Assembly: GCA_025924215.1 (NCBI GenBank)
Contig: JAICEJ010000002.1
Span: 1 to 39,837 of the forward strand
Reading direction: 5' to 3'
DNA: 39,837 bases
Origin: Candidatus Binatia bacterium
GTDB taxonomy: Bacteria; Desulfobacterota; Binatia; UBA9968
A program made the translations under genes and the position numbers. Below, piece after piece: positions 8,000 to 16,569 of the stretch. Under the pieces are notes generated by a model. It had not been told where the DNA came from, did not search any database, and worked only from the letters and a program-made list of their open reading frames with translations. Position 1 is the stretch's first letter. Each line of letters begins with the position of its first letter.

Positions 8000-9505
8000 A
8001 TGAATTCGGTACAAAGCCCGCTTTTTGAGCCGGTACTATGGGAAGGTGGCGGTTTTCGGATTCTCGATGAGATTTCGCTTCCCGAGCAGATCCAATATAT
8101 CAGCGTCAAAGATGCTTCGCAGGCCATTGCTGCGGTACGTGAGATGAAAACGCGTGCCTTTGGTCAAGTCCTTACGTTCCTCTATAGCGGTGCGCTCCTG
8201 GCGCAAAACTATCACGCGAAGGAAATCCCCCCGCTGCGAAAATCGATCGATCAACTGACCCACGAGTTCTGCCGAGCGCGACCGACATTCGATTTCCGCG
8301 GACTGGGTCAATATTTCGACGAGTGGTTTAAAAAGCTGCCGGGAAACGTGAGTGCCGGTGAGTGGATTAGCGAGCGGGCTTGTGATTTCGCCGCGCAGAT
8401 CGTCCGTGCCCGGGGCGCAAGAGCAAAGCGCGCTGCCGAGCTTCTGCCGGACCCAGCGCGGGTTTTGACCCATTGCAACATGAGTGGAGAACTGTTGGCG
8501 ATAGCGCAGCATTGCGCGACGATGAGCAAAGACTTCGCCGTCATCGCGACGGAAACTCGACCGTACCTGCAAGGCGCGAGACTGACCGCTTGGGAGCTCG
8601 CACAAGGAGGCGTTCGCGTATCACTGATTCCCGATTGCGCCATTGCCCAGGTGATGGCTAGAGGCGAAGTCAATGCAGTCGTCGTCGGTTCGGATCGTGC
8701 GGCACAGAATGGCGATATCATCAACAAAATCGGCACTTATCCGCTGGCGGTAATGGCAAAGCGGTACGGAGTTCCATTTCACGTGCTGGTTCAAGACCCA
8801 CGTTCGTTGGTGCAAGGGAGCGATGTGCCGATCGAAGAAAGGCCGGGCGCAGAGCTGCTAAGCTTCCAAGGACGGCAGCTAATAGCCCACGCAAGCGTTG
8901 CGGTCCGCTATCCTGCTTTTGATGTTACGCCGGCCCCATTAATTACGCAGTTTATTGGGTTTGACGGTGTCTACACACCTGAAAGTTTCCGCCGAAAGTA
9001 CCAGCAGCAGAGAGCCCCAGCACCTAGCCCAAGAAAGGATGGAAGCAAGTACCTGCTCGTTTATGGTATCCCGCCTTTAGATCAGCGCGATCACTTAATC
9101 AGTGCGCTGCAAGCTGCGCGAGCCAGCCGTTTCTTGATTCCGGAAATGCGGCCGCATATGTGGGGTGTTCATGCCGTAGCGCCCGCGCTGCTTGAGCACA
9201 ATCTGCCAACGACTCTGATCTCTGACAACATGATAGGATTTTTCTTCGCCCGGGACGAAATCAGTAAGCTCTATCTCTACTATAGCCGGCTCGACCCGCA
9301 GGGAGCCAGCGGTATCTGTGGCTCATTGTTGGCACTTGAATTGGCGCGCGCCCATGGCATACCCGTTGAACTGCTGGCGTCTGATTCGGTTAAGCGATTG
9401 ACTATTGATAGCGATGTCTCGACGTTCATGGGGAGAAATATTTGTCCCAGCGGAGCCTCGATCTTTCCCCTCAAAAGCGAAGTCATACCCCTGGGAGTTG
9501 TTTAA
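8000..9505 (+). CDS. MtnA/eIF-2B-family sugar-1-phosphate isomerase with an extra C-terminal degenerate copy of its Rossmann-like domain
   Basis: The catalytic-region motifs are present: LTHCNMSG (Cys), ETRPYLQGARLTAWEL and VVVGSDRAAQNGDIINKIGTYPLAVMAKRYGVPFHV (Asp). At 501 aa it is longer than the usual ~350, and residues ~350-470 repeat the ETRP..LIxD..GIP pattern. Confidence 0.85.
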   Translation: MNSVQSPLFEPVLWEGGGFRILDEISLPEQIQYISVKDASQAIAAVREMKTRAFGQVLTFLYSGALLAQNYHAKEIPPLRKSIDQLTHEFCRARPTFDFRGLGQYFDEWFKKLPGNVSAGEWISERACDFAAQIVRARGARAKRAAELLPDPARVLTHCNMSGELLAIAQHCATMSKDFAVIATETRPYLQGARLTAWELAQGGVRVSLIPDCAIAQVMARGEVNAVVVGSDRAAQNGDIINKIGTYPLAVMAKRYGVPFHVLVQDPRSLVQGSDVPIEERPGAELLSFQGRQLIAHASVAVRYPAFDVTPAPLITQFIGFDGVYTPESFRRKYQQQRAPAPSPRKDGSKYLLVYGIPPLDQRDHLISALQAARASRFLIPEMRPHMWGVHAVAPALLEHNLPTTLISDNMIGFFFARDEISKLYLYYSRLDPQGASGICGSLLALELARAHGIPVELLASDSVKRLTIDSDVSTFMGRNICPSGASIFPLKSEVIPLGVV

Positions 9506-9522
9506 GTAATTTCGAGGCTAGA

Positions 9523-10527
9523 ATGATGAAGAAGCTTCAAGGAGAGATGATCAAATGGGGCAAGCTGCTGTTTGACCGGCATCTAATCAGCGGTTGGGGC
9601 GGAAATCTCAGTTGTCGGGTTGGAGAGAACGAGTTTTTGATCACGGGGCGGCATGCACCGCTTGGTTTTTTAACAGCGGCAGATTTGGTGCGGATTGATG
9701 GCGCTGGCAGGCCGCTTAACCGAGATCAGCTTGCATCGAGCGAAACGCCTCTGCATTTGGCTCTGTATGCAGCCAGCGGGACACAAGCTATTGTTCATGT
9801 TCATCCACCCATGACTCTGGCATTTTCATTGACTCACGATCATTTCGTTCCGGTGAGTTTTGAGGAGAAGTATACAATTGGCGAAGTTCCGATAGTCGCC
9901 CAGGATACGCCGACGGTAACAAAGCCCGAGAGGTTAGCAGAAGAATTAAAGTACCGTCCGGTCGCCATCATCAAGGGTCATGGCACGGTGGCTATCGGCA
10001 AGAATCTTCAAGAGACCTTTTTGCTTACCGATTTACTGGAAGAAGCTGTGCGTTGCCGTTTCTTCATGGAGCTTCGAAGTGAATCGAAGCTTTCGATTGC
10101 GGATCGGATAACACAACAAAAGGGCCTCGCCGATCCACAAACGGGTGAATCTTATGTGTTGTTCTCGAAAGAGCACATGTCCGCTTTGGTGGAGCGCGCG
10201 AACCATGATTCTCAATTTCGTTCGCACGGGGAAGAGACCGGCCTCTCTACATCCCTGACGCTTTTTCTTGAAGAAAAGGACGTAGCCTGGACCGTGCGTT
10301 TTGACTCCGGCCAGGCCACGCAGCTTGAACGGGGTGATAGCGGTGAGTTTATGATCAGCGGCTCAGAAGAGTGGTGGAGCGCAGTGTTTCGAGCCCGCAT
10401 CGATCCTTTTCTTGCAACCCGGCAGGGCAAATTAAAGCTTAAGCGTGGCGAGCTGGCGCAGCTCGCGCGGTGGTACAAACCCTTCGAGAGGGCCTTTTCG
10501 CTGTGGCAAACGATATTGATTCAGTAG
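9523..10527 (+). CDS. class II aldolase/adducin-family protein (MtnB/FucA/Ald2-like) fused to a C-terminal SCP2 domain
   Basis: Aldolase_II motifs: GWGGNLSCR, SSETPLHLALY, AIVHVHPP and IIKGHGTVAIG. The C-terminal ~95 aa end in RIDPFLATRQGKLKLKRGELAQLARW, which is SCP2-like. ATG at 9523 is preferred; the tracked ORF starts at 9442, inside the upstream gene. Confidence 0.85.
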   Translation: MMKKLQGEMIKWGKLLFDRHLISGWGGNLSCRVGENEFLITGRHAPLGFLTAADLVRIDGAGRPLNRDQLASSETPLHLALYAASGTQAIVHVHPPMTLAFSLTHDHFVPVSFEEKYTIGEVPIVAQDTPTVTKPERLAEELKYRPVAIIKGHGTVAIGKNLQETFLLTDLLEEAVRCRFFMELRSESKLSIADRITQQKGLADPQTGESYVLFSKEHMSALVERANHDSQFRSHGEETGLSTSLTLFLEEKDVAWTVRFDSGQATQLERGDSGEFMISGSEEWWSAVFRARIDPFLATRQGKLKLKRGELAQLARWYKPFERAFSLWQTILIQ

Positions 10528-12068
10528 GATTTTTCGCCGCGGAGCTGCTCGACCAAGCAGCACGAAAGCATCCAAACAAAACCGCGATCATTGACAAGGA
10601 AGAAGAGCTGAGCTTTGCGGTTCTTAACGCGCGGGTGCATGCTCTAGCCGGTCATTTGTGCAGCGAAGGCATCAAACAAAGCGATCGGGTGGGAGTGCTG
10701 TTACCAAATTGCGCGGCAATTCCACTGATTTATTTTGCTAGTCAAAAAATCGGCGCTGTGAGCGTGCTCCTTGATGCCCGATTAAGGGGCAAGGAGCTAC
10801 AGGACGTCTTATGCGATGCGGATCTCAAGCTCCTGGTTGTCCATAAGCAGCTGATCTCCGAAGTGGCCAATGTCGTCGAAGAGCTCACCCCAGTATCAAT
10901 CTGGATCGTCCAAGGAGAGGGCGAACAGTCCTTTGAAAATCGCTACGCGGCACCGTCTAGATCAGCGCTCTCGCCGCAACTGCAGGCTGACGACGAGGCA
11001 CTGATTCTTTATACTTCGGGAACCACGGGCGAACCCAAAGGCGTGGTCCTCAGTTACCGCAATCTGGCGCAGTATCCGCGTGTCATGACCGCGCTGGGCA
11101 TCACTGATTCGAGCACGATCCGAGGCTGCATCCTGCCGATGTCGCACATCGTTGGCCCGTTGGTCTGCAACGAAGTGGCGGATAAAGGATTCACTCTGGT
11201 CATTTTCGATCAAATTAACCCCGTCACCTTGTTGGACGGCATTCAGAAATATCGCATTAGTGTCTTTGAAAGCGTGCCGATTGTTTTTCAACTCCTCCTA
11301 GGGGTGCGCGATCTTTCAAAATATGACACCACGAGCGTGAAGATCGCGGCCATGATGGGGACTACGGTTCCGTTGCCACTTCTGCGCGCATTTCATTCAG
11401 CTCAGCCGCACATCGCACTTATCCAGGGTTATGGCTTGACCGAGACTTCACCGATGATCACCCTGGTTGAACCGGAGCAAGCCGAAGCCAAGTTGGGAAG
11501 TATTGGCCGTGCAGTACCGGGGATCGAAGTAAAAATCGTCGATGAGTCCGGCAGGGAACTGCCCATCGATGAACCGGGAGAAATCATCACGAGTGGTCCC
11601 CATGTGATGAAAGGTTATTTTCGCAAAGCTGAGGCCACGTCAGCGCGCATTCGTAACGGCTGGCTTTACACCGGCGATGTCGGCAAACGGGACTCGGACG
11701 GTTACTTCATCCATCTCGGTCGACTTGACGATATGATCATCACCAGCGGTCTTAACGTGTACCCCGCCGAGGTGGAAAACCTGATCTACAACTTTCCGAA
11801 CGTGCAAGAGACCATCGTCTTTGCCATCCCTGATCTTAAGCGGGGTGAGGTGATCGGTGCCGCGGTAGTGCCGCGGCCAGGCCATGCGATTGCCCCAAAG
11901 GAGTTGATAAGTTTTCTGCGCGCTAATCTGGCAAATTTCAAAGTGCCGCAACAGATTGTCATCCGTGAGTCGCTACCGCGTACCTCTTCAGGGAAAGTCA
12001 TTCGCGACAGCGAGACCTTGCTTTCGGACGGAGGAGCGAGCCCGAGCGTTTCAGTTTGGCGGAAATAA
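10470..12068 (+). CDS. AMP-dependent acyl-CoA synthetase/ligase
   Basis: AMP-binding signature LILYTSGTTGEPKGVVLS, plus GYGLTETS, YTGDVGKRDSDGYFIHLGRLDDMI and a C-terminal SSGKV. The true start may be the GTG at 10503; either start overlaps the aldolase 3' end. Confidence 0.9.
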   Translation: MVQTLREGLFAVANDIDSVGFFAAELLDQAARKHPNKTAIIDKEEELSFAVLNARVHALAGHLCSEGIKQSDRVGVLLPNCAAIPLIYFASQKIGAVSVLLDARLRGKELQDVLCDADLKLLVVHKQLISEVANVVEELTPVSIWIVQGEGEQSFENRYAAPSRSALSPQLQADDEALILYTSGTTGEPKGVVLSYRNLAQYPRVMTALGITDSSTIRGCILPMSHIVGPLVCNEVADKGFTLVIFDQINPVTLLDGIQKYRISVFESVPIVFQLLLGVRDLSKYDTTSVKIAAMMGTTVPLPLLRAFHSAQPHIALIQGYGLTETSPMITLVEPEQAEAKLGSIGRAVPGIEVKIVDESGRELPIDEPGEIITSGPHVMKGYFRKAEATSARIRNGWLYTGDVGKRDSDGYFIHLGRLDDMIITSGLNVYPAEVENLIYNFPNVQETIVFAIPDLKRGEVIGAAVVPRPGHAIAPKELISFLRANLANFKVPQQIVIRESLPRTSSGKVIRDSETLLSDGGASPSVSVWRK

Positions 12069-12098
12069 GGCCCCATTGCATGTAGAGGGCCGATTTTA
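12069..12098 (+). terminator. weak intrinsic-terminator candidate after the ligase gene
   Basis: GGCCC (12069-12073) pairs with GGGCC (12087-12091) and is followed by GATTTTA. The stem is short and the loop long. Confidence 0.3.
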
Positions 12099-12194
12099 CT
12101 GAGCACGGGTTTGCACCTTGAACTAATACCAGATGGGCTGCAGCGCTAATTCGGCTTGTTTGCTCCGGTTAATTCCAACGGGTAGACTACAAAG

Positions 12195-14876
12195 GTGAGC
12201 GCTAAAATCAAAAATCAATCAAGCAGAAAATCGGCTGGATCAACCGATAGTGCCCGGTCTAAAGATAACTTGCGCAAGATCATCTTGATCGATGGTCATT
12301 CTCTCGCGTTCCGCGCGTTTTTTGCATTGCCCGACACGCTAATCACATCTTCAGGACAGGTGACGAATGCCGTTTATGGCTTCACCTCCATGCTCATAAA
12401 GCTTTTGGCCGACGAGCGGCCGCAAGCTGTGATAGTTTGCTTCGATAAAGGCGCGCCGCAGTTTCGCCTCGATCGTTATGCCGCCTATAAAGCGGGCCGC
12501 GCGGAGACGCCGGATCTTTTCAGGCAGCAGCTGCCGTTGATTCGAGAGGTGCTTCGAGCGTTGCGAATTCCGATTGTCGAGCTCGAAGGCTACGAAGCCG
12601 ATGACCTGTTAGCGACGCTGACCAAGAATTGTCGTGGCGAAGGCTGCGAAGTAATCGTCGTCACCGGTGACCGAGACATTCTCCAGCTTGTAGGCGAAGG
12701 GGTATCGGTGATCATGACTCGCCGCGGAATCTCCGATGTCATCCGCTATGACGCACCTACGGTTGTCGAGCGCTACGGCGTTTCCCCGGATCAATGGCTC
12801 GACTTCGTCGCGCTCAAGGGCGAGCCCTCCGATAATCTTCCTGGTATTCCCGGGGTTGGCGACAAAACCGCGGCTCAGCTGGTCAAGAAGTATGGCGATA
12901 TTGAAGGCATCATCGCGCATGCGGATGAGCTCACACCCAAACTTCGCGATTCCATCAAAGCGCACGCCGAGCAAGTACGGATCAATAAAGAGCTGGGACG
13001 GTTACTCAATGATGTTGGACTCGAACTGGATTCAACCAAACTGTGCCTCGAGCGCTGGGATGATGAAGAAGTTCTAAAGCTCTTTACCTCACTTGAGTTC
13101 CGCAGTTTACACGAACGTTTGAGAGCGTTGAATATGCACGTTTCGGCGCCTCTCGGCGCGGCTCTCGAACCAAAGTCGATCTCGGAATTGAGATCGGCTG
13201 ACGAAATTAAACAAGATGGCGCCGTCGCGTTGGCTTGGAGCGAGAATTGGCTGGCTGTTTGTGATGGGCCTGGCGAGGTGCACACGCTGGGCATGGGCGC
13301 AGCAATGGACCGGCTCGGGGAATTTTTTCAAGATCCTGTGCGGTCGAAAGTGGCTCATGACGCAAAATCCATCTATCGTTTAGCTTTGGCGGCCGGGATC
13401 GAATTTCAGTCATTGTACTGTGACACCAAGATTGCCGCCTATTTACTGGAGCCGGGATCAGCCTCTGGATACACGCTGGCTGACGCGGCAAAACGTTATC
13501 TGGGGATTTTGCTCAACAGCAACGCTCCCGAACTTGCGATCGGCGAACAAAGTACTCTTGCCTTCGGCGCCCCAGAAAAAGAGCGCATCGCTCGTGAAGC
13601 TATGGCCATCCGCGGCATGGTTCCCGTATTGCAACAGCAGCTTAGCGAGCAAGGCATCTGGGAACTTGCCACCACCTTAGAATTCCCGCTAATTTGCGTA
13701 CTGGCCAGAATGGAGCATGATGGCATTCTCATCGACCGCGATTATCTAGAAAAGTTCGATGCCGATCTAGGAAACAAAATAGCCGCGCTTGAACGGGCAA
13801 TCAAAGATCTCGCCGGTGAAGACTTCAAGGTGAACTCGCAGCCACAGCTCCAGCGGATCCTTTTCGAAAAGCTCGCTCTACCCAAGACCAGAAAAATCAA
13901 GACGGGCTACTCCACCGACGCTGCCGAGTTGGAGAAGCTGGCCGAAGTACATTCGATCATTCCGGTCCTACTCGAGTACCGCGAGGTATCGAAACTAAAG
14001 ACCGGGTTTACGGAGATGCTCCTGGAGCTGATTGATAGCAACAGCAATCGGATCCATACCACTTACGAGCAAACGATAGCTGCTACCGGACGGTTGTCGT
14101 CAACCGCGCCCAACATGCAAAACATACCGATACGTGGTGAGCTGGGCCGTCAGATTCGCCGCGCCTTTATTGCACCGCTGGGGCATGTGCTGTTATCAGC
14201 GGATTACTCTCAGATTGAGCTGCGTGTTCTCGCGCATCTGTCGCAAGACGAGACTTTTCTGCAAGCTTTTGCGCAGGGGCATGATTTTCACGCCACCATC
14301 GCTGCGAAAGTCTACGGTGTCGCTTTGGCCGAAGTGACCTCGCAAATGCGCAACCAGGTAAAGCAGTTTTCTTATGGCATCGCCTATGGGATGTCCACTT
14401 TCGGAGTATCGCAACGGCTCGGCGTAGAAATGGATGTGGCAGCGAGTTTTGTAGAAGCTTATTATGCGCAATTTCCTAAAGTGAAGGAGTTTCTAGCCTC
14501 GCAGGTGAACCAAGCTAAGATCGACGGGTTTACGACGACGATGTTTGGCCGCCGTCGCTATTTGCCGGAATTGGGGTCGTCAAACTTCCGGCTGAGAGCG
14601 CTCGGCGAGCGTATGGCGCTCAATACCCCCATACAGGGAAGCGCTGCAGATATCATAAAGAAGGCTATGATCAATGTGGCTGAAGCGTTGCGCAAAGAAC
14701 CGCTTGCAAAGATGCTATTGACTGTGCACGACGAACTCGTCTTCGAGGTTCCTGTCGAGCACCTTGAGCAGGCTCGGGCTTTGATCGAGGAAGCGATGAC
14801 TCAAGCTGCGGATCTTCGCTGCGGCCTTGACGTCGACATCCATGTGGGCCCGAATTGGGCGGAAGCTCACGCTTAA
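12195..14876 (+). CDS. polA: DNA polymerase I
   Basis: 5'-nuclease domain (ILIDGHSLAFRAFFAL, GIPGVGDKTAAQL). Pol motif A LLSADYSQIELRVLAH, motif B RNQVKQFSYGIAYG and motif C TVHDELVFE. Length is 893 aa. Confidence 0.97.
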   Translation: MSAKIKNQSSRKSAGSTDSARSKDNLRKIILIDGHSLAFRAFFALPDTLITSSGQVTNAVYGFTSMLIKLLADERPQAVIVCFDKGAPQFRLDRYAAYKAGRAETPDLFRQQLPLIREVLRALRIPIVELEGYEADDLLATLTKNCRGEGCEVIVVTGDRDILQLVGEGVSVIMTRRGISDVIRYDAPTVVERYGVSPDQWLDFVALKGEPSDNLPGIPGVGDKTAAQLVKKYGDIEGIIAHADELTPKLRDSIKAHAEQVRINKELGRLLNDVGLELDSTKLCLERWDDEEVLKLFTSLEFRSLHERLRALNMHVSAPLGAALEPKSISELRSADEIKQDGAVALAWSENWLAVCDGPGEVHTLGMGAAMDRLGEFFQDPVRSKVAHDAKSIYRLALAAGIEFQSLYCDTKIAAYLLEPGSASGYTLADAAKRYLGILLNSNAPELAIGEQSTLAFGAPEKERIAREAMAIRGMVPVLQQQLSEQGIWELATTLEFPLICVLARMEHDGILIDRDYLEKFDADLGNKIAALERAIKDLAGEDFKVNSQPQLQRILFEKLALPKTRKIKTGYSTDAAELEKLAEVHSIIPVLLEYREVSKLKTGFTEMLLELIDSNSNRIHTTYEQTIAATGRLSSTAPNMQNIPIRGELGRQIRRAFIAPLGHVLLSADYSQIELRVLAHLSQDETFLQAFAQGHDFHATIAAKVYGVALAEVTSQMRNQVKQFSYGIAYGMSTFGVSQRLGVEMDVAASFVEAYYAQFPKVKEFLASQVNQAKIDGFTTTMFGRRRYLPELGSSNFRLRALGERMALNTPIQGSAADIIKKAMINVAEALRKEPLAKMLLTVHDELVFEVPVEHLEQARALIEEAMTQAADLRCGLDVDIHVGPNWAEAHA

Positions 14877-14934
14877 CACGGTGCTGGGGAGTATAACATC
14901 TTCGCTCTGTGAAAAGGGCTGAACTTAGTACTGC

Positions 14935-15723
14935 ATGTCTTTCTCTAAACGTACAGCGCCGCTAGTCCTCGTCATTCTGCTGGTATTACCGGCATGGATC
15001 GGCGCTGCCTTCGGGCAAGCTAATAAAAGCAGACAAACTTCGACCATTCCGCCCGGGCCTGCGCCCGATGCCGAATTGGCGCGACTGCGCGCCGATGTCC
15101 TACAAAAGATGAGAGATTCACGCGCGGGAGCCGAAAAGCTAATTGCATTGCGTGAGGAACAAGCAAAAAAACTCACCGAGGAGTATGGAAAGCGGCGCCA
15201 GTTTTATCATGAAGGGCTAATTTCAAAAGCGGAGCTCGATCAAGCCTTGCGCTCTCTCGAGGAGGCGATAGCTCGCTTGGAAGACGATAAACGCTGGCTT
15301 ACCGATCAAGATATCGCAATTACTGAAGCTTCGATGTTGGGCGAGCAGTTGCAATCGCCTCGCTTAGCGGCGAATGGCTACAGTGATACCGGTTCTCTTA
15401 TTCGCTTCAACGGCGATCGAGTCTGGTTTATCGGTGATGCGCCGAAGATTCAGAATTTCTTTTTTGAAACCTTCGGCCGTGGCTTGCCCGTCAGTGCTCA
15501 TGGTCAAACGGCCATTCATGATCGACTACAGTTCGATCATAGAGATGCGATGGATGTCGCGCTTCATCCTGACAGCCAAGAAGGCCGCTCCTTAATATCC
15601 CATCTACGTCAAAGTCGGATCCCATTTATCGCGTTCAGAAATGCTATCCCCGGCTCATCGACAGGCGCGCACATTCATATCGGCAGACCGTCGCGATCGC
15701 TTCGAACTGTCATGAGGCGGTGA
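14935..15723 (+). CDS. secreted coiled-coil protein with possible LAS/M15-like zinc-hydrolase C-terminal domain
   Basis: Signal peptide (LVLVILLVLPAWIGAAFG) and a charged heptad-like middle section. The C-terminus has FDHRDAMDV followed by STGAHIHIG, which resembles the Hx(n)D...HxH pattern of LAS enzymes. The product call is tentative. Confidence 0.55.
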   Translation: MSFSKRTAPLVLVILLVLPAWIGAAFGQANKSRQTSTIPPGPAPDAELARLRADVLQKMRDSRAGAEKLIALREEQAKKLTEEYGKRRQFYHEGLISKAELDQALRSLEEAIARLEDDKRWLTDQDIAITEASMLGEQLQSPRLAANGYSDTGSLIRFNGDRVWFIGDAPKIQNFFFETFGRGLPVSAHGQTAIHDRLQFDHRDAMDVALHPDSQEGRSLISHLRQSRIPFIAFRNAIPGSSTGAHIHIGRPSRSLRTVMRR

Positions 15724-15794
15724 GAGTTCTTGGACGTCCGGTATAGCCAACTGGAGTAATCGAATAGACTATTGGCCCGTCTGTCAGGAGTTTC

Positions 15795-16514
15795 ATGACC
15801 GAACTTGTGGTTCCCGGAAAAGCTTCAACAGTTATACTGGCAAAACCAGGAGGAGACGGCCGTTTTGAAGTTCTCATGACCCGTCGTTCCCAACATCTTA
15901 AGGTTCTGGCCGGATTTCTGGTGTTTCCAGGCGGAGCCGTGGAAGAAGACGATTGGTCCGATAAAATGTTGGCGCGCTGCCGCGGTTTGTCTCCAACCGA
16001 GGCTCAGCGGATTCTAACGGCAACCATGACTCCGGAACAAGCGATGGGTCATTGGGTGGCAGCAATACGAGAGCTGTTTGAAGAAACTGGAATTCACTTT
16101 TTCGTCAAACAAAGGGACTCGCTTGAGCCAAACTTGGATGGTCTTCGGGACCGTCTGGCGCAAAGTCGTGAGGCACTATGGCGCAGGAGGCTGGCGTTGG
16201 CCGATTTGTTGGAATCCGAGCAACTCTTTTGCGACGTTGGTCGGCTGACTTACCTGTTCCATCGAATTACTCCGAATCATCACCCAGTGCGCTTCGACAC
16301 CCGGTTTTATGTGGGTTCCCTGCCGGAAGGACAAACACCTCTGGACTCGTCCGAGGAAGTGGCCGAGAGCGTTTGGCTCACCCCGCAAGAAGCTTTAAAA
16401 TCATCGGAGTCGGGAGGTCTGCCGATGATGCCTCCGACACTGATCGCTCTGCGATCTCTTGCGGAACTGGGATCCTGGAAAAACTTCATATCTACTTATC
16501 GACTCGATCCATAA
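15795..16514 (+). CDS. NUDIX hydrolase with a split Nudix box
   Basis: FPGGAVEEDD is followed about 35 aa later by AAIRELFEETGI, the second half of the Nudix box. Confidence 0.85.
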   Translation: MTELVVPGKASTVILAKPGGDGRFEVLMTRRSQHLKVLAGFLVFPGGAVEEDDWSDKMLARCRGLSPTEAQRILTATMTPEQAMGHWVAAIRELFEETGIHFFVKQRDSLEPNLDGLRDRLAQSREALWRRRLALADLLESEQLFCDVGRLTYLFHRITPNHHPVRFDTRFYVGSLPEGQTPLDSSEEVAESVWLTPQEALKSSESGGLPMMPPTLIALRSLAELGSWKNFISTYRLDP

Positions 16515-16540
16515 CTGTTCCCATAGTTAGCAGCAGAGAA

Positions 16541-16569
16541 TTGCCGTGATTTGCCGCCCGTGGTATCAT
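16541..16569 (+). promoter_or_regulatory. promoter candidate: TTGCCG, 17-nt spacer, TATCAT with extended -10 (TGGTATCAT)
   Basis: Read directly from the sequence, about 87 nt upstream of the phosphorylase start. TTGCCG is repeated 10 nt downstream (16551-16556). Confidence 0.4.

Noticed and set aside
9442-9522. Upstream extensions of tracked ORFs: 9442 for the aldolase, 1958 for the PLD nuclease, 5405 for the MBL hydrolase, 19959 for the LeuA_dimer protein and 20026 for the 189-aa protein
   Set aside because: In each case the extension overlaps the preceding gene or a promoter-like region. An internal ATG gives a family-typical N-terminus, often with an SD (for example GAAGGAGGA before 19875).
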